Of a stretch of DNA of 64,000 nt, positions 35,673 through 46,116 are shown one piece after another. The notes under the pieces were generated by a model. The model was not told the DNA's origin. It did not search any database and saw only the letters and a list, made by a program, of their open reading frames with translations. The DNA is from Clostridia bacterium (GTDB taxonomy: Bacteria; Bacillota; Clostridia; Oscillospirales; CAG-272): positions 21,229-85,228 of the forward strand of contig JAFYMF010000010.1 in the NCBI GenBank assembly GCA_017556745.1, given 5' to 3'. Both the position numbers and the translations under genes were made by a program. Numbering within the stretch: the stretch's first letter is position 1; each line of letters starts with the position of its first letter.

Positions 35673-37373
35673 ATGAATAGAGCACTGATACTGTTTTGTG
35701 TAATTTTGTTATCGGCTTACCTTTTCTCTTGTGCAGCTGATACCGGGGATATCATTCCCACTGATACTACCGATACAGTTGAGACATCAAAAAATCCCGA
35801 AGAAAAAGAAAAACGTGAATATGATGAATCCGAATATCCGGTGGAAGAATTAGTTATCTGGTCTGGAGAAAGCCTTGAATTCGTAGTTTTTGAAGGAAAG
35901 AATTTTTGTGCGGGAAATGGGATAGTCCTCCCATATAGAATTTATATTCCCGATGACTATGATGACAGTAAGAAATATCCGGTTCTGCTTTATCTTCACG
36001 GCAGAGGAACCAGCGGAGACGATAATATTCTTCATCTGAATGACGTTAAAAAGGTTTTCCTTAGCTCTGACAGTCCTGCGTATGACAGTATTGTTATTGC
36101 ACCACACTGTTCTCTTGACGGATGGTGGGGATACGATTATACCGATGCAGTCGTGGAGTTAGTAGAAAATCTGGGCGAAAAATACAGCATCGATTTTGAC
36201 AGAATATATTCAACCGGAAACTCAATGGGCGGGGCAGGGTCTTTTGATCTTGCATTAAGACACAGTGATTTTGTAACAGCAGTTCTTCCGGCCGCTCATG
36301 GTAGCTTTGACTATGAAGACTATGAAAGCTATGCAGCAGATATACCGATGAACTATGACCCTCAGATACTTAACGTTCCAATGTATTTTATATATGACCT
36401 AACCGATAATACAGTATGGTATGAGCCTATACAGCGGGCAATCCGGTATATAAAGAATAAAGGCGGTAATAAGGTTATATATAAAGAAACCTACGGCCTT
36501 GACCATCAGGTTGGTGACGTTTATATTTCGCGTGACGATATTTCAGGTCTTGAATGGCTTTACTCAAATGTAAAGTCGGCTTCAAGCTCCGAGGGTGGAA
36601 CGATGGGAGAACCTGACCGACAGAACAGTACCGAAAAAATTAAGCTTACAGATATCGGTTTTACATTCTCACCAGATTTTGGGGGAACAGTAGATATATC
36701 ATCTGTCGCGTCCGGTGGAACGAAGTTCATTTCCGATATAACCCGTTGCAATGATGACGGCGGATTATATATTGGATATAAGAAAACAGATTACGACGGT
36801 AACGGTGTTGCAATATTTTATGTAGATAATGGTAGTGATATCGATTGTAATGTTGCGATAAGAACAACGTATTATTCTGCCGACGGTAAATCACTAGGGT
36901 CAGACACAAAGTCGTTTAAAGGATTACTTTCAGGTCGGGACAATTACTTTATTTTTACACCGGAAAAGGAATTTTCCACATGTAAATATAATATTGTAAT
37001 TGAATCGATAGGAGACGGTGAGATGGTAGCCGAAATGATTGATTATAATTTTTACTGTCTCGGAGAAGACGTTTCACCTGTCAACGGAGATCATATAGGA
37101 TATGCAGTTGTAAATGTTGAGAATTTTTCTCAGTATATCGTTTATGCTACCATAAGATGTGTTGTGTTTGATAAAAACGGAGAAACAGTATTTCTGTCTG
37201 ATAAGACGTACCCGGTCATAGCACCTGATGTGGGGGCTGAGCCAAGCCTCAACGGTATGGCCGAGGTTATACTGTACCGTGGCCGGGAAGAAATGCCGGA
37301 AAACTGGATGGAAGAATATTCCGTTATATATGAGATCAGTGAACTAAACCGAAACGATCATACTAAAAATTAA
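35673..37373 (+). CDS. lipoprotein: N-terminal carboxylesterase-like alpha/beta hydrolase plus ~250-aa C-terminal domain of unknown function
   Basis: ATG 35673 after AAAGGAGGAG; MNRALILFCVILLSAYLFSC lipobox; YLHGRGTSGDDN and GNSMGG motifs. Confidence 0.7.
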   Translation: MNRALILFCVILLSAYLFSCAADTGDIIPTDTTDTVETSKNPEEKEKREYDESEYPVEELVIWSGESLEFVVFEGKNFCAGNGIVLPYRIYIPDDYDDSKKYPVLLYLHGRGTSGDDNILHLNDVKKVFLSSDSPAYDSIVIAPHCSLDGWWGYDYTDAVVELVENLGEKYSIDFDRIYSTGNSMGGAGSFDLALRHSDFVTAVLPAAHGSFDYEDYESYAADIPMNYDPQILNVPMYFIYDLTDNTVWYEPIQRAIRYIKNKGGNKVIYKETYGLDHQVGDVYISRDDISGLEWLYSNVKSASSSEGGTMGEPDRQNSTEKIKLTDIGFTFSPDFGGTVDISSVASGGTKFISDITRCNDDGGLYIGYKKTDYDGNGVAIFYVDNGSDIDCNVAIRTTYYSADGKSLGSDTKSFKGLLSGRDNYFIFTPEKEFSTCKYNIVIESIGDGEMVAEMIDYNFYCLGEDVSPVNGDHIGYAVVNVENFSQYIVYATIRCVVFDKNGETVFLSDKTYPVIAPDVGAEPSLNGMAEVILYRGREEMPENWMEEYSVIYEISELNRNDHTKN

Positions 37374-37426
37374 TAGCTTTGTAGACATCTGACGTCATAT
37401 CAATTAATAGTACATATATCACAAAT

Positions 37427-37458
37427 AAAAAAGTCTCTTCTGCTGAAGAGACTTTTTT
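37427..37458. terminator. bidirectional intrinsic terminator
   Basis: aaaaaagtctcttc-tgct-gaagagactttttt. Confidence 0.85.
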
Positions 37459-37474
37459 ATTTATTGTTAGGATA

Positions 37475-40400
37475 TTATTTGAAATATTTAACTCCGGACT
37501 CAAAGAGCTTCTGATCCTGGTTGCCGGGGATATTAACTGCAACGTTGTTGCCGATTCTTTCGCTGTGTCCCATCTTACCGAGAATACGGCCGTCTGCAGA
37601 GAGGATACCCTCAATTGCATAAGCGGAACCGTTGGGGTTAAAGCGAATATCCATAGAGGGATTACCATCAAAGTCAACGTACTGAGTTGCGATCTGACCG
37701 TTTGCAGCAAGCTTATCAAGAAGTTCCGCGCTTGCCATAAATCTACCCTCACCGTGAGAGATCGGAATTGCATGGATATCACCTGTGTTGACACCTGCAA
37801 GCCAAGGAGACTTAACGGATGCGATACGAGTATTAACCATACGGGACTGGTGACGTCCGATGGTGTTGTAAGTAAGAGTAGGACAATCGGGAGTAAGCTC
37901 ATCAAGGATCTTACCATAGGGAAGAAGACCAACCTTGACAAGAGCCTGGAAACCGTTACAGATACCGAGAACAAGACCGTCGCGGTTCTCTATAAGATCG
38001 GTGAGTGCCTCCTTGACCTTGGGGCTTCTGAGAACTGCGGTAATGAACTTACCGGAACCGTCGGGCTCGTCACCGCCGGAGAATCCGCCGGGTATCATAA
38101 AGATCTGAGCCTTCTTGATATTCTCAACGAATTTATCTATAGAATTCTCAAGAGCAGATGCGTTACCGTTGCAAAGCACGGTGATCATGGGATCGCCGCC
38201 AGCCTTGATGAATGCGCGTGCAGTGTCGTACTCACAGTTGGTACCGGGGAACACGGGAATCATAATTCTGGGTTTAGCAAATTTCTCGCCTGCAACAGCT
38301 GTAGAACGCTCTGTACAAGTGAATACAGGAGCTGTCTCAGCATCTGCCTTTGCCTTTGTACGGAATACAGATTCAAGAGGAGTTTCCCAAGCCTTGATCA
38401 TTTCGCAGAGGCAAATATCCTCTCCGCCAACAGAGAATACGTGAGCATCGGTGGTAACACCGAGCTTGATTCCGTCAAGCTCTTCTGATGTCTCGATTAC
38501 AAATGAACCGTAGAGACGGCGGCGGATAAGATCGTTATCAATACCGTCTTCAAACTTAAATCCGATCTTGTTACCGAAGCACATCTTTGCAGTTGCTTCG
38601 AGAGCACCGCCGAAACCAACAGTATAAACGGATACTGCCTTGCCGGAGGAGGTGATAGCGTGTACCTTGTCAAAGAGAGCCTTAAGAGACTCGAAGCAAG
38701 GAAGACCGTTGTCGAGGTACTCGGGCATCATAAGATATACGTTGTTGCCTGCTGCCTTAAACTCAGGAGTTACTGCACTTGATGCATCACCTGCAACTAC
38801 TGCAAAGGAAACGAGAGTGGGGGGAACATCTATATCTTCGAAGGTACCGGACATACTGTCCTTACCGCCGATAGAACCGAGTCCAAGCTCGATCTGAGCC
38901 TTATAAGCACCGAGAAGAGCAGCAAAAGGCTTGCCCCAGCGGGTAGGAGTATTCTTGGTACGCTCAAAATATTCCTGGAAGGTAAGGTATGCGTTCTGAT
39001 AGGGCTGACCTGCCGCAACAAGACGTGCAACAGACTCAACGACCGCATAGAGAGCACCGTGGTAAGGGGAGCTGGATGAAAGATAAGGATCGAAGCCGTA
39101 TGCCATATAGGATGCGGTCTCACACTCACCGGAAATAACAGGAAGCTTAGCCGCCATATACTGAGGCTGAGTAAGCTGGGTTTTACCGCCAAAGGGCATT
39201 ACAACGGTAGCACCGCCGATGGAAGAGTCGAATCTCTCGCAAAGACCTCTCTTTGAGCAGACGTTAAGATCCTGCATAAGTGCCTTTGCCTGTTCACTGA
39301 TGGTGTTGCCGCAAAGCTCTATGCCGCGGAGAATATCCTTTTCTTCAACAGGGGATACCTCAACGGTGGTTGTCTTCGCCGCACCATTTGAGTTAAGAAA
39401 TTCACGGGAAAGATCAACGGTAGTATTGCCGTTCCATACCATAACAAGGCGGGGAGCCTCGGTAACTTCTGCAACTACAGTAGACTCAAGATTTTCCTCT
39501 GCCGCAAGAGCACAGAACTTCTCAACGTCCTTACTCTCTACAACAACGGCCATTCTTTCCTGTGACTCGGAAATAGCGAGCTCTGTTCCGTCAAGACCGT
39601 CGTACTTCTTAGGTACCTTTGAAAGATCTATTCTGAGACCGTCCGCAAGCTCACCGATAGCAACGGAAACACCGCCTGCACCGAAGTCGTTACAACGCTT
39701 GATGAGGAGAGATGCTTCGGGAGAACGGAAAAGTCTCTGAAGCTTACGCTCTTCGGGGGGATTACCTTTCTGAACCTCTGCACCGCAAGAGGTAAGGGAT
39801 TCGGTAGTATGTGCCTTAGAGGATCCGGTTGCACCGCCGCAACCGTCACGACCGGTTCTACCGCCGAGGAGGATAACCACGTCACCGGGTGCAGGAACTT
39901 CGCGGCGAACGTTTCCTGCAGGAGCGGCACCGACAACAGCACCGATCTCAAGACGCTTTGCAACGTAACCGGGATGATAGTGCTCAAATACACCACCGGT
40001 AGCAAGACCGATCTGGTTACCGTATGAGCTGTAACCCTGAGCGGCACCAACAGTTATCTTGGACTGGGGAAGCTTGCCGGGAAGGGTGTCCTCAAGAGAT
40101 GTGCGGGGATCTGCCGCACCGGTAACACGCATAGCCTGGTATACATATGCACGTCCGGAAAGGGGATCTCTGATTGCACCACCAAGACATGTAGCGGCAC
40201 CACCAAAGGGTTCTATCTCAGTGGGATGGTTATGGGTTTCATTCTTAAAAAGAAGAAGCCAATCTTCGTCTTTGCCGTCTATCTTAGCCTTGATCTTAAC
40301 GGTACAAGCATTTATCTCATCGCTTTCATCAAGATTTTTGAGCTGGCCGGTCTTCTTGAGATATTTAGCACCGATGGTAGCAAGATCCATGAGAGAGATC

Positions 40401-41188
40401 TTCTTGTTCTTGCCAACGTAAAGCTCGGTACGCTTGTCAAGATAATCGCGATATGTATCAGCGATGTATTCATCAGCGATCTTTGCATCGGTGATCTCGG
40501 TGAGGAAGGTGGTGTGACGGCAGTGGTCAGACCAGTATGAGTCGATAAGTCTGAGCTCGGAAATGGTGGGATCACGGTGCTCTGTATCGCGGAAATAGCT
40601 CTGGCAGAACTTGATATCATCATAGTCCATAGCGAGAGAATACTCAGTTACAAAATTGCGGAGATCTTCATCATCAAGACCGATAAAACCGTCAAGGGTA
40701 GCGACGGTTGTAGGAATATCGTAATCGGGCTTAAGAGATTCGGGAAGCTCAAAAGTTGCCTCTCTTGATTCAACCGGGTTGATTATATAGCCCTTAACAC
40801 GGCTGAGATCCTCATCGGATACCTTACCGTCAAATATATATATTTTAGCAGTGCGAACAGTAGGACGGTCACCACAGGTAAGAAGCTGTACACACTGTGC
40901 ACATGAGTCTGCGCGCTGATCGTACTGACCGGGAAGAAATTCCACCGCAAATGCAGTTCCAACACTAAGGTCGAGAGTGTCGGTAGCAAGATCGGTCTGA
41001 GGCTCAGCAAAAACAGTATACTTTGCGCGTGCAACAGTTTCTGCATCAACACCCTCGATATCATATCTGTTGATGATACGAAGATCAGGGAGAGAGGGAA
41101 GACCCAAATTCTCGCGAAGGTCAGCAACCGTTCTCGCGTATTCGGTTGTAAAACCGAGACGGCGCTCTACGTAAATTCTGTAAACCAT
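37475..41188 (-). CDS. purL: phosphoribosylformylglycinamidine synthase, single-chain large type
   Basis: ~1240 aa with N-terminal, AIR-synthase-like repeats and a C-terminal glutamine amidotransferase (GICNGFQAL, HGEG). Start set at the second ATG (MVYRIYVE, GGAGA RBS); the track ORF extends to 41200. Confidence 0.9.
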   Translation of the reverse strand: MVYRIYVERRLGFTTEYARTVADLRENLGLPSLPDLRIINRYDIEGVDAETVARAKYTVFAEPQTDLATDTLDLSVGTAFAVEFLPGQYDQRADSCAQCVQLLTCGDRPTVRTAKIYIFDGKVSDEDLSRVKGYIINPVESREATFELPESLKPDYDIPTTVATLDGFIGLDDEDLRNFVTEYSLAMDYDDIKFCQSYFRDTEHRDPTISELRLIDSYWSDHCRHTTFLTEITDAKIADEYIADTYRDYLDKRTELYVGKNKKISLMDLATIGAKYLKKTGQLKNLDESDEINACTVKIKAKIDGKDEDWLLLFKNETHNHPTEIEPFGGAATCLGGAIRDPLSGRAYVYQAMRVTGAADPRTSLEDTLPGKLPQSKITVGAAQGYSSYGNQIGLATGGVFEHYHPGYVAKRLEIGAVVGAAPAGNVRREVPAPGDVVILLGGRTGRDGCGGATGSSKAHTTESLTSCGAEVQKGNPPEERKLQRLFRSPEASLLIKRCNDFGAGGVSVAIGELADGLRIDLSKVPKKYDGLDGTELAISESQERMAVVVESKDVEKFCALAAEENLESTVVAEVTEAPRLVMVWNGNTTVDLSREFLNSNGAAKTTTVEVSPVEEKDILRGIELCGNTISEQAKALMQDLNVCSKRGLCERFDSSIGGATVVMPFGGKTQLTQPQYMAAKLPVISGECETASYMAYGFDPYLSSSSPYHGALYAVVESVARLVAAGQPYQNAYLTFQEYFERTKNTPTRWGKPFAALLGAYKAQIELGLGSIGGKDSMSGTFEDIDVPPTLVSFAVVAGDASSAVTPEFKAAGNNVYLMMPEYLDNGLPCFESLKALFDKVHAITSSGKAVSVYTVGFGGALEATAKMCFGNKIGFKFEDGIDNDLIRRRLYGSFVIETSEELDGIKLGVTTDAHVFSVGGEDICLCEMIKAWETPLESVFRTKAKADAETAPVFTCTERSTAVAGEKFAKPRIMIPVFPGTNCEYDTARAFIKAGGDPMITVLCNGNASALENSIDKFVENIKKAQIFMIPGGFSGGDEPDGSGKFITAVLRSPKVKEALTDLIENRDGLVLGICNGFQALVKVGLLPYGKILDELTPDCPTLTYNTIGRHQSRMVNTRIASVKSPWLAGVNTGDIHAIPISHGEGRFMASAELLDKLAANGQIATQYVDFDGNPSMDIRFNPNGSAYAIEGILSADGRILGKMGHSERIGNNVAVNIPGNQDQKLFESGVKYFK

Positions 41189-41271
41189 ATTTGTCTCCAT
41201 TCTGCCGATTAACGGCGGCTAAGATGATAATGATATGTTTGTGCAGTTTATGTTAACTAAAATTTTTGACT

Positions 41272-42615
41272 TTACTCACATGGATATTTGCCGAATAGAC
41301 CACTTTCGGAGAGACATGTGCTCATGACCGAAACTGTATTTCCTCTGAGATCTTCGTCTGTTTCAAAGCTGATCTCTATATAATTTGGCGTATGCCCGCG
41401 TGCAATTCCGTTATCCCATCTTTCAACAAGAACAGGAAGCACACGTCCTATAAAGCTGTTTCTTATTTCGGCTGATATTTCCTTGGTTTTCGTCTCGAGC
41501 TTTGCGGCGCGCTCCGACTTAACGTTTTCCGCTATTTGTCCCGACATTTTATCTGCTTCGGTGTCAGGGCGGCGAGAGTAAGTAAATATGTGAGCCTCAA
41601 GGAAACGGACATCCTCGACGAATTTCATTGTCTCAGAAAAATCCTCATCAGTCTCCCCGGGAAATCCTGTCATAATATCAGTGGTGAATGTAACATCCGG
41701 TATATGATCCCGTATGTTTTGCATTCTTTCACGGAGCATGGTAGTATTATACCGCCTACGCATAAGCGCAAGGATTCTATCACACCCATTCTGTACAGAG
41801 AGATGGAAGTGAGGTGTAAGGTGACTGATTTTTGAAAGACGTGACACGTTATCCGCAGTCATAAATGACGGATCAAGTGAACCAAGGCGAATGCGTTCAA
41901 TGGAGCTGATTTTGTTTATCTCTTCAAGAAGATCACAAAGACTCCTCTTGTCGTTAAGATCTTTGCCCCAGGAGCATATTTCAATTCCTGTTATTACTAT
42001 CTCACGGAATCCTGCTTCGGCAAGCTCCTTTGCCTCTGCGATTATTAAATCAAATGGCTTTGATCTGATCTTGCCGCGAACCTTGGGAATGACGCAGTAG
42101 GCACACTTACTTTCACACCCATCTTCGATTTTTATATAGGCTCTCGTTCTCTCGAACCCCGTTACTGTCATCATTTCAAAGGGGGCCGAGAACACATCGC
42201 CAACATTGATCTCCGAGGCAGTATCAGTGTCCATTGTCAGTAGCTTCTCAGCCGCATCGACAACCGATAATTTGTCTACGTTACCGAGAACATATTTTAC
42301 TCCGGGAAGCTCAGCTACAGCACTTGGCACACGCTGTGAAAAACAACCGCAGACTATTACTCTCGGGGTATCACACATTGACGCGGCACGACGAATGAAT
42401 TGACGGGCTTTTCTGTCCGCCTCCGCCGTTACGGTGCAGGTGTTTACAACATAAACATCACACCTGTTGCCATGATGCAGTACCTCGAACCCGCGACGGA
42501 GAAATTCTTCCTCAATAGCGCGACTCTCATATTGGTTTACTTTGCATCCAAGCGTGTATATACCTACCGTGGGAGTATGTTCTTTTTCTATCTTGCTATT
42601 CAAAAAAACACTCAT
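41272..42615 (-). CDS. mtaB: tRNA threonylcarbamoyladenosine methylthiotransferase MtaB (radical SAM MTTase)
   Basis: IYTLGCKVNQYES UPF0004 domain, CESKCAYCVIP radical-SAM motif, TRAM-like C-terminus. Start chosen at MSVFLNSK (ATG 42613-42615); the track ORF extends to TTG 42666. Confidence 0.8.
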   Translation of the reverse strand: MSVFLNSKIEKEHTPTVGIYTLGCKVNQYESRAIEEEFLRRGFEVLHHGNRCDVYVVNTCTVTAEADRKARQFIRRAASMCDTPRVIVCGCFSQRVPSAVAELPGVKYVLGNVDKLSVVDAAEKLLTMDTDTASEINVGDVFSAPFEMMTVTGFERTRAYIKIEDGCESKCAYCVIPKVRGKIRSKPFDLIIAEAKELAEAGFREIVITGIEICSWGKDLNDKRSLCDLLEEINKISSIERIRLGSLDPSFMTADNVSRLSKISHLTPHFHLSVQNGCDRILALMRRRYNTTMLRERMQNIRDHIPDVTFTTDIMTGFPGETDEDFSETMKFVEDVRFLEAHIFTYSRRPDTEADKMSGQIAENVKSERAAKLETKTKEISAEIRNSFIGRVLPVLVERWDNGIARGHTPNYIEISFETDEDLRGNTVSVMSTCLSESGLFGKYPCE

Positions 42616-42621
42616 ATCTAT

Positions 42622-42650
42622 ATTATACAATGAAATTCTCTCTATGTAAA
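42622..42650 (-). promoter_or_regulatory. sigma-A-type promoter abutting the mtaB start codon
   Basis: Minus strand TTTACA - 17 nt - TATAAT; only 6 nt separate the -10 box from the ATG. Confidence 0.45.
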
Positions 42651-42693
42651 TACATAATAGTACCAAAGTTTTTCGTATTTTATAAAAATCACC

Positions 42694-42722
42694 TTGAAAA
42701 AAAGTGCAAGAGGGGTTATAAT
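42694..42722 (+). promoter_or_regulatory. sigma-A-type promoter of upp
   Basis: TTGAAA - 17 nt - TATAAT. Confidence 0.55.
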
Positions 42723-42757
42723 AGAGAAAAATATAAATTTCGAAAGAGGATTATGAA

Positions 42758-43387
42758 ATGAGCGTACTGCATGTAGTTGATCATCCCATGATATCCCATA
42801 AACTCTCTATTATGAGAAACAAAAAGACCGGGTCCAAGGATTTCCGTGAGCTTCTCGATGAGATATCGATGCTCATGGGTTACGAGCTTACTCGCGATCT
42901 TCCTCTTGAAGATATTGTTATAGACACTCCCATGTGCAAGATGACTGCAAAAATGATCTCCGGCAAGAAGCTTGCCATCATCCCCATTCTTCGCGCAGGA
43001 CTTGGTATGGTTGACGGACTTCTTCGTCTTGTTCCCGTTGCAAAGGTGGGTCATATCGGTCTTTACCGTGATCCTGAATCACATGAGCCTGTAGAATATT
43101 ATTGCAAGCTTCCTTTTGACATAGAGAACAGAATCGTTATCGTATGCGATCCTATGCTTGCGACCGGCGGATCTGCATCTGATGCACTCAAAATGCTTAA
43201 GAAAAAGGGATGTACCAATATCCGTTTGATGTGCCTTGTTGCCGCTCCTGAGGGTGTTGCAAAAGTTCAGGCTGATCATCCTGACGTTGATATTTACGTC
43301 GCTGCTCTTGATGAAAAGCTTAACGATCACGCATACATTATACCCGGTCTCGGTGATGCGGGAGACCGTTTGTTCGGAACTAAGTAA
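42758..43387 (+). CDS. upp: uracil phosphoribosyltransferase
   Basis: 209 aa; [37 protein letters not shown] motif, [16 protein letters not shown]. Confidence 0.95.
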   Translation: MSVLHVVDHPMISHKLSIMRNKKTGSKDFRELLDEISMLMGYELTRDLPLEDIVIDTPMCKMTAKMISGKKLAIIPILRAGLGMVDGLLRLVPVAKVGHIGLYRDPESHEPVEYYCKLPFDIENRIVIVCDPMLATGGSASDALKMLKKKGCTNIRLMCLVAAPEGVAKVQADHPDVDIYVAALDEKLNDHAYIIPGLGDAGDRLFGTK

Positions 43388-43397
43388 TTATTACATT

Positions 43398-43432
43398 GCC
43401 GCAGTCGGTATACCGTCTGCGGCTTTCTTTTA
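43398..43432 (+). terminator. intrinsic terminator
   Basis: gccgcagtcgg-tata-ccgtctgcggc then tttctttt. Confidence 0.7.
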
Positions 43433-43480
43433 TCATATAAAATTTTAGTGAAACGATTTTAGTGAAATGGGACAAAAGTA

Positions 43481-44446
43481 ATGAGAGAGCTTACAGTCGG
43501 AAAAAATGATGCGGGTCAGAGACTTGACAAATTCCTTTCAAAGGCCCTGTACCGCATGCCCCTTTCCCTTATGCAGAAGTATCTGCGTACCAAGAAAATA
43601 AAGGTCAATCGCGTCAGAGCGGAAGGTAAAACTGTCCTCTGTGAAGGTGACAAAATACAGCTTTTTATAAAAGATGAGTTCTTCGAAAAAGAAGAGACCG
43701 GAGATGCGATCTATACTACTGTTCCGAAGATATCAGTTGTATATGAGGACGATAATATAATTGTCTGTGATAAACGCCCGGGTGTTCTTGTTCATCCCGA
43801 TGACAGCGGAGAAGAAAGAAACACACTTCTTCTTCACATCAAGGCTTATCTTTGTCATAAAGGGGAATATTCACCGAAAGAAGAACAGTCATTTGCCCCT
43901 TCGCTGTGTAATCGAATAGACAGAAATACCGGTGGTATGGTCATTGCTGCAAAAAACGCAGAGGCACTGCGAGAGATGAACCGAATCATAAAGGAAGATC
44001 TTGTTTCAAAGTTCTATCTTTGTGCAGTTCACGGATCTGTTAAAAAATCTGAAGACAGACTTACCGGATATCTTCGTAAAAATTCAAGAGATAATCTGGT
44101 GACTGTCACGGAATCTCCTCTTCCGGGTAGTAAAAACATAATTACCGTATATAAGAAGCTTAAAGAAAAACGCGGGTTGTCCCTTCTTGAGATAGAACTG
44201 ATAACGGGACGTACTCATCAGATAAGAGCACATATGTCTTATATTGGTCATCCTCTTCTTGGAGACGGAAAATACGGTATAAACAAAGATGACAGGGCTA
44301 CAGGATATAAATATCAGGCACTCTATTCATACCGACTGCGTTTTAAAAATATAGATGGTCCTTTGGCATATCTTTCCGGCAAGGAAATAAAGGTGTCTCT
44401 TGACAATATCTGGTTTCTTAAAGAATTTGATGAAGGAAACGAATGA
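43481..44446 (+). CDS. RluA-family pseudouridine synthase with S4 domain
   Basis: QRLDKFLS S4 region, NRIDRNTGGMV catalytic Asp motif, TGRTHQIRAH. Confidence 0.85.
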   Translation: MRELTVGKNDAGQRLDKFLSKALYRMPLSLMQKYLRTKKIKVNRVRAEGKTVLCEGDKIQLFIKDEFFEKEETGDAIYTTVPKISVVYEDDNIIVCDKRPGVLVHPDDSGEERNTLLLHIKAYLCHKGEYSPKEEQSFAPSLCNRIDRNTGGMVIAAKNAEALREMNRIIKEDLVSKFYLCAVHGSVKKSEDRLTGYLRKNSRDNLVTVTESPLPGSKNIITVYKKLKEKRGLSLLEIELITGRTHQIRAHMSYIGHPLLGDGKYGINKDDRATGYKYQALYSYRLRFKNIDGPLAYLSGKEIKVSLDNIWFLKEFDEGNE

Positions 44447-46071
44447 TGGAAAGTAACCGTTCTTGTCTTCCGAAAAAGAAGCTTAGAATATATAAATTGA
44501 TTGCGGCATTGGGAGGACTTATATCCGGATCACCTTTTGTAATAAAGGAATTGTGGCTTTTGGGCTGGGTAGCATCGGCATTTCTTATATATTCTCTGGT
44601 CCGCACAGATGAAGACGGCAAGTGTAGCATGCGCCGTGCTTATGCTGTTGCCTACTGTTTCTTCTTTCCGTTTTATTTGTGCGGGTATTATTGGATTCTT
44701 TATATGTATCCAATGGAGTATGCGGATGTAACTCCGTTGTTTTCCGCTTGTGTGCTTACATTTGGCCTGATTGCCATGGCGACAATTTTCTCTGTGGCCT
44801 TTTCATTTATCGGTCCGCTTTTTGTGTATGTATCGCGCAAGGTGAGTGAGACAGGAAAGTTTCAGTGGTTATCAATTCTGACATTTCCTTTTCTCTGGGT
44901 AATATTTGAATGGATACAAACCCTTACCTGGGCGGGGGTACCATTCGTTTGGCTTGCGGTGGGGCAGCAATATATGCTTCCGGTGATTCAGAGTGCCTCC
45001 TTGTTGGGGTCATTGTTCATAGGGTTTCTCATGACATTTGTGGGAGCTCTTCTCGCATTTGCAATTATACATGTGGAAAAGAGACGTTTTTTTGCAATAA
45101 TGTCTCTTACGGTATTCCTCTTGAATCTTGGATTTGGGATAGTTCGTTTAGCTGTTCCGGATGATGAGGGAAGCAAAACCTTTGTAAAAGCTGCCGCTAT
45201 TCAAGGCAATATTTCTTCAATTGATGAGAAATGGAACATGGAATACTCTGAAATAAGAGAGTTATATATTGATCTTATAAATGATGCCGCAGATGATGGG
45301 GCTGAGCTCATAGTGGTATCAGAGAGTGCGCTTCCTGTGTTTTTTAACGTTAAACCGCATCTCTTTGCTCCGTTTAGTGAGATCGCAAAAGACAGAGGGA
45401 TGACTATTCTTCTGGGCGGATATTACAGAACAGAAAATTCTGACGGTGTTTATGCATCGGGAAATGCCATATATACGGTAAATCCAGACGGTTCAATAAG
45501 AGACGGACAGTATATAAAGAGAAAGCTTGTTCCGTTTGGTGAATATGTACCGATGCGTTCTTTTATTGAAACTGTATTTCCTGCACTTACTGAGATCAGT
45601 ATGCTTTCGGTAGATGGCGGCAGAGGAGAGGGAAGTGAGCTTCATGATACGGTTTACGGTATGATAGGGTCACTCGTGTGCTATGATTCGGTGTATAACT
45701 CTCTTGCTCTTGAGAGTGTAAGAGACGGTGCACAGCTTCTTGCTGTGTCAACAGATGATTCTTGGTTTGAGCAGTCACCGGAGCTTTATCTTCACCTTGG
45801 TCATTCTGTGCTCAGATCCATTGAGAATGGCAGATGTCTTGTTCGCGCGGCAAATACGGGAATTTCTGCAATAATAGATCATAAAGGAAGAGTAACCGAC
45901 CCGCTCAGAGCAGAGGATATTGGCTATTCTCTTGGTGAAGTTGAATTTCGTTCTGACAGTACAGTATTTACTGTTGTCGGTAACGTTATAGTTCTGCTCG
46001 CGTTTATTTACATTTTCTCTGTTTGTACTATTTCTCTTATACTTAAAACAAAAAGAAAAAGAAAAGTATAG
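44443..46071 (+). CDS. lnt: apolipoprotein N-acyltransferase homolog (polytopic N-domain + CN-hydrolase domain)
   Basis: 542 aa; E-K-C triad contexts VVSESALP, RKLVPFGEYVP, LVCYDS; start overlaps the previous stop (ATGA). Confidence 0.75.
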   Translation: MMESNRSCLPKKKLRIYKLIAALGGLISGSPFVIKELWLLGWVASAFLIYSLVRTDEDGKCSMRRAYAVAYCFFFPFYLCGYYWILYMYPMEYADVTPLFSACVLTFGLIAMATIFSVAFSFIGPLFVYVSRKVSETGKFQWLSILTFPFLWVIFEWIQTLTWAGVPFVWLAVGQQYMLPVIQSASLLGSLFIGFLMTFVGALLAFAIIHVEKRRFFAIMSLTVFLLNLGFGIVRLAVPDDEGSKTFVKAAAIQGNISSIDEKWNMEYSEIRELYIDLINDAADDGAELIVVSESALPVFFNVKPHLFAPFSEIAKDRGMTILLGGYYRTENSDGVYASGNAIYTVNPDGSIRDGQYIKRKLVPFGEYVPMRSFIETVFPALTEISMLSVDGGRGEGSELHDTVYGMIGSLVCYDSVYNSLALESVRDGAQLLAVSTDDSWFEQSPELYLHLGHSVLRSIENGRCLVRAANTGISAIIDHKGRVTDPLRAEDIGYSLGEVEFRSDSTVFTVVGNVIVLLAFIYIFSVCTISLILKTKRKRKV

Positions 46072-46112
46072 AAAAAACACTCACTTATCACGTGGATAAG
46101 TGAGTGTTTTTT
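46072..46112. terminator. bidirectional intrinsic terminator
   Basis: aaaaaacactcacttatc-acgtg-gataagtgagtgtttttt. Confidence 0.85.
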
Positions 46113-46116
46113 GTGT

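Noticed and set aside
37565-38488. 307-aa plus-strand ORF, plus several 100-170-aa ORFs, inside purL
   Set aside because: All are antisense or out of frame relative to an unambiguous 1240-aa PurL. They are shadow ORFs.
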